A DNA stretch of 64,000 nucleotides from the NCBI GenBank assembly GCA_965204735.1, contig OZ242008.1, forward strand, positions 1,952,001 through 2,016,000, read 5' to 3'. Numbering within the stretch: the stretch's first letter is position 1; every line of letters starts with the position of its first letter. The notes beneath the pieces were generated by a model. That model saw only the letters and a list, made by a program, of their open reading frames with translations, searched no databases and was not told where the DNA came from. Position numbers and translations under genes: made by a program. This document shows, piece by piece, positions 1 through 9,167 of this stretch. The stretch is from Longimicrobiales bacterium. GTDB lineage: Bacteria > Gemmatimonadota > Gemmatimonadetes > Longimicrobiales > Gaopeijiaceae.

Positions 1-2
1 GC

Positions 3-446
3 CGGGACGGCGGGACCCGCCCACGGGCCGCCGGTCGCGCCCTTCTGGAGACGCTGGTCGCGGCCGGCAGTGCGCGAAGCCTGTACAGGGTGCCGCCGGA
101 CACGACGATCGCCCCCGACGAGCAGCCGACAGGCCCGCCGCCCCTGCACTGGACCCAGGGCCAGCGGATCACCATGCACCTGGCCGACGGCGAAGTGGTC
201 CGCATGCTGGTCGAAGGCCAGACCGTCGGGTACCACCTGGAGCCCCTGCCGCCCGATCCCCAGGCCGACTCTGCGATGGTGGCGGACTCCACATCCGCAG
301 CCGACTCCGCGGCGGCGCCGGACACGACGGCCGTCTCCGCCTCCAATGCCGCTTCCGCCCCCCGTCCGGCCGCCCCCACGGCTCCCTCGGCTCTTCCCGC
401 GGCCCCCGACGCGCCGCGCGTCCATCCCTGGAGAAGACGGACGTGA
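3..446 (+). CDS. C-terminal part of a LptA/OstA-like LPS transport protein (5' end outside the window)
   Basis: Frame is open from position 3 (…LVAAGSARSLYRV…LHWTQGQRITMHLADGEVVRMLVEGQTVGYHLEP), has a Pro/Ala tail and overlaps lptB by GTGA. Confidence 0.55.
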   Translation, partial: RDGGTRPRAAGRALLETLVAAGSARSLYRVPPDTTIAPDEQPTGPPPLHWTQGQRITMHLADGEVVRMLVEGQTVGYHLEPLPPDPQADSAMVADSTSAADSAAAPDTTAVSASNAASAPRPAAPTAPSALPAAPDAPRVHPWRRRT

Positions 447-1276
447 CCCAAGAAAGCAGCGCACCGGCCCGAATCGCCGCCGCGGGCGCTCCGCTCTCCG
501 AGCCCGCGAGCGCCGCGCCGGGCGCCGTCCTTCGTGGCGAGCAGCTCACCAAGATCTACCGGAAGCGGCGCGTGGTGTCGGACGTGGACATTCAGGTTCG
601 GCAACGGGAGATCGTGGGACTGCTCGGCCCGAACGGGGCGGGGAAGACGACCACCTTCTACATGCTGGTCGGTCTGATCTCGCCCGACGCCGGAAGGGTC
701 TTCCTCGACGACGCCGAACTCACCCCCGTGCCCATGTACAGGCGCGCCAGGATGGGCGTCGGCTACTTGGCGCAGGAGCCGTCCGTGTTCCGCCGCCTCA
801 CGGTCGCCCAAAACGTCATGGCGATCCTCGAAACGGTCGACATCCCGCGAAGGGAGCGCGCCGCAAGGCTGGAGCAGCTTCTGGCGGAACTCTCCATTGG
901 ACACCTGCGCGACGCCAAGGCATATTCCCTTTCGGGCGGGGAGAGGCGAAGGGTGGAGATCACGCGGGCGCTGGTGCAGCGGCCCAAGTTCATGCTGCTG
1001 GACGAGCCGTTCGCGGGCATCGATCCCATCGCCGTGAACGACATTCAGGAGATCGTGACGCAGCTTCGCACGCGGGAGATCGGCGTGATCATCTCGGACC
1101 ACAACGTCGAGCAGACCCTGGAGATCGTCGATCGCGCCTACATCATGTACGAAGGCAGGATTCGCGTTGCCGGGACGGTATCGAAGCTCGTTTGGAACGA
1201 CGAAGTCGCCGATCTCTATCTGGGCCCGTCCCTCACGGCCCGCATGAGACAGCGCTTCTCCCGTCCCTCGGATTGA
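443..1276 (+). CDS. lptB: LPS export ABC transporter ATP-binding protein LptB
   Basis: GPNGAGKTT Walker A, LSGGERRRVEI signature, LLDEPFAGIDP, DHNV; lies upstream of rpoN. Confidence 0.95.
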   Translation: MTQESSAPARIAAAGAPLSEPASAAPGAVLRGEQLTKIYRKRRVVSDVDIQVRQREIVGLLGPNGAGKTTTFYMLVGLISPDAGRVFLDDAELTPVPMYRRARMGVGYLAQEPSVFRRLTVAQNVMAILETVDIPRRERAARLEQLLAELSIGHLRDAKAYSLSGGERRRVEITRALVQRPKFMLLDEPFAGIDPIAVNDIQEIVTQLRTREIGVIISDHNVEQTLEIVDRAYIMYEGRIRVAGTVSKLVWNDEVADLYLGPSLTARMRQRFSRPSD

Positions 1277-1283
1277 CCGTCGA

Positions 1284-2771
1284 ATGGCCCGCGGCGACGG
1301 GGGAATGGGCGGCGACCGGGGACTGGACCAGACCCGCAAGGCTCGCCCCGAGGTCACGGCCAATCCGCGCCTCTACCGGGCGATGGAGCTCTTCGACATG
1401 TCCCGAGCGGACCTCCTGGAGCACCTGCGCCAAGAGGTCTACGCCAACCCGTGCCTCGAGCTCTCCGCCGGCGACGAAGGGGGCGTCGACGCGGAAGAGA
1501 TCGAGGAGCCCCTTCCGGACGAGGCGGACGACGATCCGGAGGCCGAGTTCGACTGGGAGGAGATCATCCTGGGCGGCTTCGACGCAGGAGGGACCCGAAG
1601 CCAGTACGAACCCATCGACTACGCCGAGCCGGCGGCGGTGGACGTGCCGGACCTTCACGACCATCTCGAGGAACAGCTGGCGCTGCTTCAGGTCGATCCG
1701 CGCCAATCCATGGCCGCCTGGGAGATCATCGGCAACATCGACGACGACGGGCGACTGTCCTGCTCTCTGGAAGAGGTGGCCGAAGGGCTGGACCGCCGAC
1801 TCGCCGAACTGGACGAACCGGGCGCGGAAGACGAGATCGCCCGCCTTCTGGTTCCCTACGAGCCCGCGGAGATCGAATCGGCCCTGGCGATGGTGCAGGG
1901 GCTCGACCCGCCCGGCGTGGGAGGCAGGGACCTGCGCGAGTGCCTGCTGATCCAGCTTGGCCGGTTGGGCAGGGAGGAGTCCCTGGCGCACCGAATCGTC
2001 GATCTTCGCTTCGACGACCTCATGAACCACCGCTGGACCGAGATCACGCGAGCCCTCGGCGTCCCGGCGAAGGAGATACAGGCCGCCAAGGACGAGATCG
2101 GCGAGCTGGACCCCAAGCCCGGTCGGCAACTTTCCCAGGGAACCAGCCACTACATCGTGCCCGACATGATCCTGGAGAAGGTCGGCGGCGAGTACATGGT
2201 CTTCGCCAACGACGCCGGAATGCCCAGGCTGCGCATCTCGCCCTACTACCGGGAGATCGTGGCCAACGGCCAGTTCACGGACGAGAACAAGCAGTTCATC
2301 ACCAGCCGCATGAACGCCGCCGCGTGGCTCCTGCAGGTGGTCGAGCAACGTCGCCTGACGATGCTCGCGGTCGCCAGGTTCATCGTGGAGCGGCAACACG
2401 AGTTCTTCGAGCACGGACCCCAGCGCCTCAAGCCGCTGAACCTGCGCACCGTGGCGGAGGACCTGGAGATGTCCGAGTCCACCGTCTCCCGAGTCACCAG
2501 CAAGAAGTACGTCCAGACGCCCCGGGGCGTGTTCTCTCTCAAGCACTTCTTCTCCCGCGGGCTAGCGGGCGACGACGGGGAAGTCTCCACCCGCGTCGTC
2601 CAGGAGAAGATCCGCAGCCTGGTGGCCGCCGAGGACCCGCAGCAGCCCTTGACGGACATGGCTATCGTAAGCCTTCTGGCGTTGGAAGGCATTCAGGTCG
2701 CTCGGCGCACGGTCGGAAAGTACCGCACCCAACTGGACATTCCCGTGGCACGGGCGCGAAGGCGCTACTGA
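1284..2771 (+). CDS. rpoN: RNA polymerase sigma-54 factor
   Basis: DPPGVGGRDLRECLLIQL, LKPLNLRTVAEDLEMSESTVSR HTH, RpoN box ARRTVGKYR. Confidence 0.95.
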   Translation: MARGDGGMGGDRGLDQTRKARPEVTANPRLYRAMELFDMSRADLLEHLRQEVYANPCLELSAGDEGGVDAEEIEEPLPDEADDDPEAEFDWEEIILGGFDAGGTRSQYEPIDYAEPAAVDVPDLHDHLEEQLALLQVDPRQSMAAWEIIGNIDDDGRLSCSLEEVAEGLDRRLAELDEPGAEDEIARLLVPYEPAEIESALAMVQGLDPPGVGGRDLRECLLIQLGRLGREESLAHRIVDLRFDDLMNHRWTEITRALGVPAKEIQAAKDEIGELDPKPGRQLSQGTSHYIVPDMILEKVGGEYMVFANDAGMPRLRISPYYREIVANGQFTDENKQFITSRMNAAAWLLQVVEQRRLTMLAVARFIVERQHEFFEHGPQRLKPLNLRTVAEDLEMSESTVSRVTSKKYVQTPRGVFSLKHFFSRGLAGDDGEVSTRVVQEKIRSLVAAEDPQQPLTDMAIVSLLALEGIQVARRTVGKYRTQLDIPVARARRRY

Positions 2772-2806
2772 CCTCGACACCGTCCCCACGCAAGGATTCT
2801 CCTCGA

Positions 2807-3790
2807 TTGGCCGACCGCCCCGAACGCACCGTCCCGCGAGCCTACCGAGACTTCGCCCTGGTGGTGCCCGCGTTCGACGAGGCCCCGAACGTCCCCGACC
2901 TGATCCGCGAGGTCCAGGCCGCCTTCGACGCCCACGGCCTTGCCGGCGAAGTGATCCTCGTCGACGACGGCTCGTCCGACGGCACCGGCGACCTGGCCGA
3001 GGCCGAAGGCCGGGGATGGCGCAACCTCCATGTCCTGCGGCATCGCAGCAACAAGGGGAAGACGGAAGCTCTCCTCACCGCCGCCGCCGCCACCGAGAAG
3101 AAGTACCTGGTGCTCTTCGACGCCGACCTTCAGCACCTGCCGGAGGAGATCCCCCGCTTCCTGGACAAGCTCGAGGAGGGTTGGGACATCGTCGCCGGCC
3201 GGAAGGTGGGCGCCTACGACAAGCGCGCGGTGTCGTCGCTCTACAACGCCCTCAGCCGAAGAATATTCGACGTTCCCGTGACCGACCTGAACTCGATGAA
3301 GGCGTTCCGCGCCGACATCTTGGACGAAGTGCGGCTTCGGCACGACTGGCACCGCTTCTTCGTCGTCATGGCCCACATGGAGGGCTTCACGGTCACCGAG
3401 ATCGACATCGCCCTTCATCCCCGGCGCGCGGGCAGGTCCAAGTATTCGCGGCCCACCCGAGTCGTCGGCGGACTGCTGGACCTGACTGCGGTGTGGTTCC
3501 GGCAGCGACTCTCCCGCAAGCCCATGACGGCGTTCGGCTTCCCAGGGCTGCTCCTCGTGGGCGCCGGCGTGCTCGTCGGCATGGCGGCGTTCTACGCCCG
3601 CTTCGCGATGGGGCAGGGCTTTCGCCCGCTCCTCTACCTGGTCGTCCTGCTGGTGACCGTGGGCACCCTGTGCTTCGTGGCCGGCTTCCTGGCCGAAATG
3701 GTCGCGTCGATCCACGAAGAGATCGAAGCGCTCCGCAAGTCCCGTCGCAACGCCCCGGCGGACGACCCCTCCCGCCGCGACCACGGCTAG
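2807..3790 (+). CDS. Family 2 glycosyltransferase (ArnC/DPM1-like, two C-terminal TM helices)
   Basis: VVPAFDE, VDDGSSDGT, FDADLQH motifs; probable TTG start at 2807 inside track ORF 1451..3790. Confidence 0.85.
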   Translation: MADRPERTVPRAYRDFALVVPAFDEAPNVPDLIREVQAAFDAHGLAGEVILVDDGSSDGTGDLAEAEGRGWRNLHVLRHRSNKGKTEALLTAAAATEKKYLVLFDADLQHLPEEIPRFLDKLEEGWDIVAGRKVGAYDKRAVSSLYNALSRRIFDVPVTDLNSMKAFRADILDEVRLRHDWHRFFVVMAHMEGFTVTEIDIALHPRRAGRSKYSRPTRVVGGLLDLTAVWFRQRLSRKPMTAFGFPGLLLVGAGVLVGMAAFYARFAMGQGFRPLLYLVVLLVTVGTLCFVAGFLAEMVASIHEEIEALRKSRRNAPADDPSRRDHG

Positions 3791-3810
3791 GACGGCCGTC
3801 TCCCGACCCG

Positions 3811-4974
3811 ATGCCGCGTCCGAAGATCCTTTCCGTGATCGGCACCCGGCCCGAGGCGATCAAGATGGCGCCGGTGGTCCGCGCGCTCGAGGCCCGGGGA
3901 CTCTCGGAGCACCGGGTCGCGCTGACCGGGCAGCACGCCGAGATGGTGGACCAGGTCTTCTCGGCCTTCGGCGTCCGACCGGACTACGACTTGCAGCTCA
4001 TGACCTCCGGCCAGACCCTCCACGACGTGGGCCGGGCGTGCCTCGAGGGCCTTCCCGGCGTCCTGGCCGACTTCCGACCGGACGCCACGGTGGTGCAGGG
4101 AGACACCGCCAGCGTCTTCTTCGCGGCCGTGTCCGCCTTCTTCGAGGGCGGCAAGGTGGCCCACGTCGAAGCCGGCCTGCGGAGCCACGACAAGTGGGCG
4201 CCTTTCCCGGAAGAGATGCTGCGACGGATGACGGACTGCTTGGCCGACTACTGCTTTGCGCCCACGCCGCGGGCCGCGGAGCACCTGAAGAGGGAAGGGG
4301 TCCCGCCCGAGCGGATCTTCGTGACCGGAAACACGGTGGTCGACGCGCTCCAGGCGACGAACGCCTCCCCGCAGCCCGTCGAGGATCCCGTGGTGGCCCG
4401 CGTCCTGGGCGCCGAGGCGCCCGCCGGCGCCCGGGCGTCCCGCCTCGTCCTTCTGACCGCCCACCGCCGCGAGTCCTTCGGCCCGCCGTTGGAGGGCGTG
4501 TTCGGCGCGGTCAGGGAGCTGGCCGCCCGATTCGACGACGTGGAAGTCCTCTACCCGGTCCATCCCAACCCCAACGTCCGGGAGCCGGCCGCGCGGGAGC
4601 TCGGGAACGCCCCGCGGGTCCACCTCGTCGCCCCCCTCTCCTACGGCGACCTGCTGGCGGTGCTCCGCCGGGCCAGCCTCGTGCTCACCGACTCGGGCGG
4701 AATCCAGGAGGAGGCGCCCACCTTCGGCGTGCACGCGCTGGTGCTGCGCGAGGTCACCGAGCGCCCCGAAGGCGTGGAGGTCGGTTCCGCCACCCTCGTC
4801 GGCACCGACCCCGAGCGCATCGTGGCCGAGGCCGCGGCGCGCCTCGACGGGGCGGAGAAGACCGACGTGCCCAACCCCTACGGCGACGGCCGGGCCGGCG
4901 AGCGGATCGCCGACGTCCTCCTCGCCGACCTGGCCGGCGCGCCTCGGGAGACGGAAGAGTGGACCGGCGCCTGA
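3811..4974 (+). CDS. wecB: UDP-N-acetylglucosamine 2-epimerase (non-hydrolysing)
   Basis: GTRPEAIKMAP, HVEAGLRS, TAHRRES, TDSGGIQEEA, PYGDG. Confidence 0.93.
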   Translation: MPRPKILSVIGTRPEAIKMAPVVRALEARGLSEHRVALTGQHAEMVDQVFSAFGVRPDYDLQLMTSGQTLHDVGRACLEGLPGVLADFRPDATVVQGDTASVFFAAVSAFFEGGKVAHVEAGLRSHDKWAPFPEEMLRRMTDCLADYCFAPTPRAAEHLKREGVPPERIFVTGNTVVDALQATNASPQPVEDPVVARVLGAEAPAGARASRLVLLTAHRRESFGPPLEGVFGAVRELAARFDDVEVLYPVHPNPNVREPAARELGNAPRVHLVAPLSYGDLLAVLRRASLVLTDSGGIQEEAPTFGVHALVLREVTERPEGVEVGSATLVGTDPERIVAEAAARLDGAEKTDVPNPYGDGRAGERIADVLLADLAGAPRETEEWTGA

Positions 4975-6092
4975 ACGTCCTCGTGCATTGCGTGTACTTC
5001 CCGCCGGAGGTGGGAGGGCTCGAGAGCCACGTCCACTACCTGTGCCGGGGGCTGGCGGAGCGCGGCCACGCCGTCACCGTGGTCACCTCCCGCTCGCGCC
5101 CGGAGCTGCCCGAGGAAGAGGACTTCCAGGGCATCCGAGTGCTGCGCACTCCGCTTCCGTCGCGCACGCCCTCGGGTTGGTTCGCCCATGCGGTCGGCTC
5201 CACGCCCCGAACCCGAGAGGCCGCCGAGAACGCCGACGTGGCGCACGCCCAGGCGTTTCCGTCGATCCTTCCTTGCGCCCTGGCGTTGGCGGGCCGGAGC
5301 ACGCCGCTGGTGACGACCCTCCACACCTCCCACTTCCTCCGCCTCGCCGCCCGGCGGCTACTGGCGCCCGCACTTGGAAATCTGATCGAGTTCAGCAACC
5401 ACAACTTCGCAGCGAGCAAGGAGATAGCCGACGTAGGAGAAAGCATCGGATCAACCACCAAAGTCGAAGTCCTGGTCAACGGCGTGGAGACCGAGCTCTT
5501 CCGGCCCGCCGGCGACCCTCCTTCCGGCAGCGGCGCGCCCGCGGTCGGCGTCCGCCGGCTGGTCGTCCCCCGGCGTCTCTTCCCCAAGAACGGAGTCGAG
5601 TTCTTCGTCCGGGCCATGCCGCTGATCGCGAACCGCGTCGATGCGACGGCGGCGGTCGTCGGCGACGGACCGGAGCGCTCCAAGCTCGAAGGGCTGGCGG
5701 TCGAGCTGGGCGTGGGCGACCGGATCGAGTTCCTCGGCGCCCGGCCTCACGCCCAGATGCCGAAGCTCCTGGCCGGAGACTTGGCCGTCTTTCCCTCCCT
5801 GGTGGAGGCCACCTCGGTGGCGGCCCTGGAGTGCATGGCGTGCGGCCTGCCGGTCGCGGCGTCGGCGGTGGGCGGCCTGCCCGAGATCGTGGACGACGCC
5901 GTGGGCGGCCTCTTTCCGCCCGGAAACTCGGAGGCGATGGCGGAGAAGGTGGTCGAGCTGCTGTCGGATCCCCGGCTCTCGGAGCGCGGCGCCTCGGCCC
6001 GCGACCGCGTGGTGGCTCGCTGGAGCAACGCGCGTCTCGTGGACCGGCACCTCGAGGTCTACCGAAGCCTCCTGGAGGGCCGCCGTGGCTGA
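4959..6092 (+). CDS. Family 4 glycosyltransferase
   Basis: YFPPEVGGLE, PSLVEATSVAALECMACGLPVAASAVGGLPE; GTG start overlaps the wecB end. Confidence 0.88.
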   Translation: MDRRLNVLVHCVYFPPEVGGLESHVHYLCRGLAERGHAVTVVTSRSRPELPEEEDFQGIRVLRTPLPSRTPSGWFAHAVGSTPRTREAAENADVAHAQAFPSILPCALALAGRSTPLVTTLHTSHFLRLAARRLLAPALGNLIEFSNHNFAASKEIADVGESIGSTTKVEVLVNGVETELFRPAGDPPSGSGAPAVGVRRLVVPRRLFPKNGVEFFVRAMPLIANRVDATAAVVGDGPERSKLEGLAVELGVGDRIEFLGARPHAQMPKLLAGDLAVFPSLVEATSVAALECMACGLPVAASAVGGLPEIVDDAVGGLFPPGNSEAMAEKVVELLSDPRLSERGASARDRVVARWSNARLVDRHLEVYRSLLEGRRG

Positions 6093-6807
6093 CCGGGTGC
6101 TGGTGGTCCTGCCCACCTACAACGAGCGCGGCAACCTCTCGCGGGTCGTTCCCGAGATCCTGGCCCAGGGGCCCGCGTTCCACGTCCTCGTGGTGGACGA
6201 CGCCTCGCCCGACGGCACCGGAGAGGCGGCCGACGCCATGGCGGCTGCGAACGCTCGCGTCGACGCCCTCCGCCGGCCGGGCAAGCTCGGCTTGGGAACC
6301 GCCTACGTGGACGGCTTCTCGTGGGGCCTGCAACGCCCCTTCGACCTCTTTGTGTCCATGGACGCCGACCTCTCCCACCCGCCCGCGATGCTGCCCGCCA
6401 TGGTGGCCGAGAGCGCCGGTGCCGGCGTGGTCGTGGGCTCCCGCTACTTGGGAGGCGAGATTCGGGTCGTGAACTGGCCCATGGGCCGCCTGCTGGTCAG
6501 CCTCTTCGGCTCGTGGTACGCTCGAACGGTCACGGGCCTGCCCGTCAGCGACGCCACCGGCGGATTCAACCTGTACAGCCGCAAGGCGCTGGAGTCCGTG
6601 GAGCTCGCCTGCATCGAGTCGAGCGGCTACAGCTTTCAGATCGAGCTCAAGTTCCGGGTCTGGCGCGCCGGACTGGCCGTTCGGGAAGTGCCCATCGTCT
6701 TCACGGAGCGGCGCAGCGGAGAGTCGAAGATGTCCAAGCGGATCATGTGGGAGGCGGTCTGGCGCGTGTGGAAGCTCCGCATGGCCAGCCTGGCGGGACG
6801 ACTCTGA
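6085..6807 (+). CDS. Polyprenol monophosphomannose synthase (GT2, Ppm1/DPM1-like)
   Basis: LPTYNERGN, DDASPDGT, KLGLGTAY, MDADLSH, GYSFQIE, ERRSGESKMS. Confidence 0.88.
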   Translation: MADRVLVVLPTYNERGNLSRVVPEILAQGPAFHVLVVDDASPDGTGEAADAMAAANARVDALRRPGKLGLGTAYVDGFSWGLQRPFDLFVSMDADLSHPPAMLPAMVAESAGAGVVVGSRYLGGEIRVVNWPMGRLLVSLFGSWYARTVTGLPVSDATGGFNLYSRKALESVELACIESSGYSFQIELKFRVWRAGLAVREVPIVFTERRSGESKMSKRIMWEAVWRVWKLRMASLAGRL

Positions 6808-6822
6808 CCTGGGGAAGGGAAC

Positions 6823-7443
6823 GTGGGCCTCGCAGACTTCTGCTACCGCTGTCCCGAATGCGGGCACGACCCGATGGCGGGGAAGGGCGACCGGGCGTGG
6901 TGCGGCGCCTGCGGCTTCCGGGTCCAGCGGACGCGCGGCCGCATCTTCGCGACCTCCCCCGGCGCCGGGCCGCGCCGGGAGAAGGCGCGAACGCTGGCGG
7001 AGGCGGCTGGGGCTGGGCTGGGCGACCAGGTCGGCGACGCCTTCCGCTACTCGGCGCAAGCGACGGTGTGCTGGCGCATTCGCGAGGAGCCCGTCTGGCG
7101 ACGGGGCGAGCTGCGGGGCTACAGCGAGACGATGGGTGCGCCCGCCCTTGCGACCGTGACCGTGGACAGGGAGGCCGTCGCCATCGAGAGCGTCGACGCT
7201 CGCAGCAGCGCGCCGTCGGATTGCCGTTCAGGTCGCTGGAGCCTTCTGGAGCTTCGCGCCGTGCAGACGTCCTCGTCGTCGTTGCAGCTCTCGTTGCCGG
7301 GCGACCAGATGGTGCAGCTGCGCTTCGCGACGGACTCGCCCAAGCGCTGGGAGGACATGCTGCGCCAGCTGGTGCGGGAGGCGTACCGAAGGGCGGGCAG
7401 GGGGTTCGTCCACGAGTTCCAGCCCCGCATCGCGACCCGGTAG
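6823..7443 (+). CDS. Hypothetical protein with N-terminal zinc ribbon
   Basis: CPEC…CGAC pair; fills the gap in a + strand operon. Confidence 0.7.
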   Translation: MGLADFCYRCPECGHDPMAGKGDRAWCGACGFRVQRTRGRIFATSPGAGPRREKARTLAEAAGAGLGDQVGDAFRYSAQATVCWRIREEPVWRRGELRGYSETMGAPALATVTVDREAVAIESVDARSSAPSDCRSGRWSLLELRAVQTSSSSLQLSLPGDQMVQLRFATDSPKRWEDMLRQLVREAYRRAGRGFVHEFQPRIATR

Positions 7444-7534
7444 CCCCGTTCGTGCGCCGACTGCCCCCGACCGGGACTTCTTCTTCGGCCCCCGACCTTC
7501 TCTCGCCGTCCGCGCGTCGCTCTCGTCGCCGTCG

Positions 7535-8209
7535 ATGACTTGGTACGAGTTCTTCTGGCCGGTGGCGAAGGGACTCTCCGTGGCCATGACGCGCCTCACC
7601 GTCGAGGGTAGGGAGCACATCCCCCGACAGGGACCGTTCTTCCTCGTGGCGAACCACCAGAGCGTGCTGGACCCGATCCTGATCCAGGCCAACTGCCCTC
7701 GTCCGCTCCACTCGCTCGCCAAGAGCACCCAATTCTCGTCCGGGGCCGTCTCCGCTTGGCTGCTGCCCCGCATCAACGCGGTTCCGACGCGACGATACCG
7801 CGTCGACCCGCAGGTCGTGCGCACCGCCCTTCGCCTGCTGGACCGAGGAGAGGCGGTGTGCGTCTACCCCGAGGGCGAACGAAGCTGGGACGGGACGCTC
7901 CAACCCCTTCGGCGAGGCACCGTCCGACTCGTCCTCAAGGCGGGCGTGCCGGTGGTTCCCTGCGGCGTGGCGGGCTCCTTCGACGCCTGGCCGCGTTGGA
8001 GCCGCCGCCCGCGACGCCGTCCGGTCGTCCTCCGCTTCGGAGCGCCCATCCACTTCGGACGTCACGACACTCGGCCGGAGCGCGAGGCCGCGCTGGACGA
8101 AGCCCTGAAGCGCTTGGTGAAGGCGCTGGCGGAGCTGAGCGGCCAGCTCGGGCGGCCGGACGACGGCGCCCCCGACGCCGAGGGCTCCGGCTCCGCTGTT
8201 GGCGCCTGA
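7535..8209 (+). CDS. plsC: 1-acyl-sn-glycerol-3-phosphate acyltransferase (PlsC family)
   Basis: NHQSVLD (HX4D) and YPEGERS motifs. Confidence 0.85.
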   Translation: MTWYEFFWPVAKGLSVAMTRLTVEGREHIPRQGPFFLVANHQSVLDPILIQANCPRPLHSLAKSTQFSSGAVSAWLLPRINAVPTRRYRVDPQVVRTALRLLDRGEAVCVYPEGERSWDGTLQPLRRGTVRLVLKAGVPVVPCGVAGSFDAWPRWSRRPRRRPVVLRFGAPIHFGRHDTRPEREAALDEALKRLVKALAELSGQLGRPDDGAPDAEGSGSAVGA

Positions 8210-8237
8210 CCCGACGATAGGCCATCTTTCCGCCGCC

Positions 8238-9167
8238 ATGCTCAGGTCTACGCTGCTGCGAATCTCCGAAAGCAAGTGGTGCAGGGGGACGTTGCCCCGC
8301 TACGGCTTCGTCAAGCGCGCCGTCCGTCGGTTCATGCCCGGCGAGACCTTGGCCGACGCCCTGGAGGCTGCCGAACGCCTGGAGCGGGGCGCCGGCATCC
8401 CCACGCTGATCACCTTCTTGGGCGAGAACGTCGCCGACGAGGCGGAGGCCGCAGCCGTTGCGGACCACTACGCGGAGGCCGCAGCCGCCGTCGCGGCACG
8501 CGGTCTGGACGCCGAGCTCTCGGTCAAGCCTACCCACTTGGGACTCGACTTGGGGGCGGCCGTCGCCGAGCGAAGCCTCCGGCGCTTGACCGAGGCCGCC
8601 GAAGCCACGGGAAACTGGGTCTGGCTCGACATGGAGTCCAGCCCCTACGTGGACCCGACGCTGGAGCTCTACCACGCGATCCGTCCCGACCACCCCAGGT
8701 TCGGCATATGCCTGCAAGCGTACCTTCGCCGGACTCCCGAGGACCTGGAGTCGCTGATCCCGCTGGGCGCTGCGGTCCGCTTGGTGAAGGGCGCCTACGC
8801 CGAGCCGGCCGACGTCGCGTTCCCCGACAAGTCCGCCGTGGACCAAGCGTTCTTCGACCTGGCGGTGCGGATGCTGGCCGACGACGCCCGGAAGGCCGGG
8901 ACGCGGGCCGCCCTCGCCACCCACGACGGCGCCCTGATCCGTCGGATCGACGAGTGGGCCGCGAAGGAGGGACTCGGCGACGGCGCCTACGAGTACCAGA
9001 TGCTCTACGGCATTGCCCGCGAAGAACAGAAGCGTCTGGCCGCCGCGAAGAAGGCCGTCCGGGTCCTGATCAGCTACGGCGAGCACTGGTTCCCCTGGTA
9101 CGTCCGGCGGCTGGCGGAGCGACCGGCCAACCTCGTCTTCGTCCTGCGCAGCTTCCTCGCCCGATGA
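8238..9167 (+). CDS. Monofunctional proline dehydrogenase
   Basis: RFMPGETL, SVKPTHLG, LDMESS, QAYLRRT, RLVKGAY, ATHD, YQMLYG, RRLAERPAN. Confidence 0.92.
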   Translation: MLRSTLLRISESKWCRGTLPRYGFVKRAVRRFMPGETLADALEAAERLERGAGIPTLITFLGENVADEAEAAAVADHYAEAAAAVAARGLDAELSVKPTHLGLDLGAAVAERSLRRLTEAAEATGNWVWLDMESSPYVDPTLELYHAIRPDHPRFGICLQAYLRRTPEDLESLIPLGAAVRLVKGAYAEPADVAFPDKSAVDQAFFDLAVRMLADDARKAGTRAALATHDGALIRRIDEWAAKEGLGDGAYEYQMLYGIAREEQKRLAAAKKAVRVLISYGEHWFPWYVRRLAERPANLVFVLRSFLAR

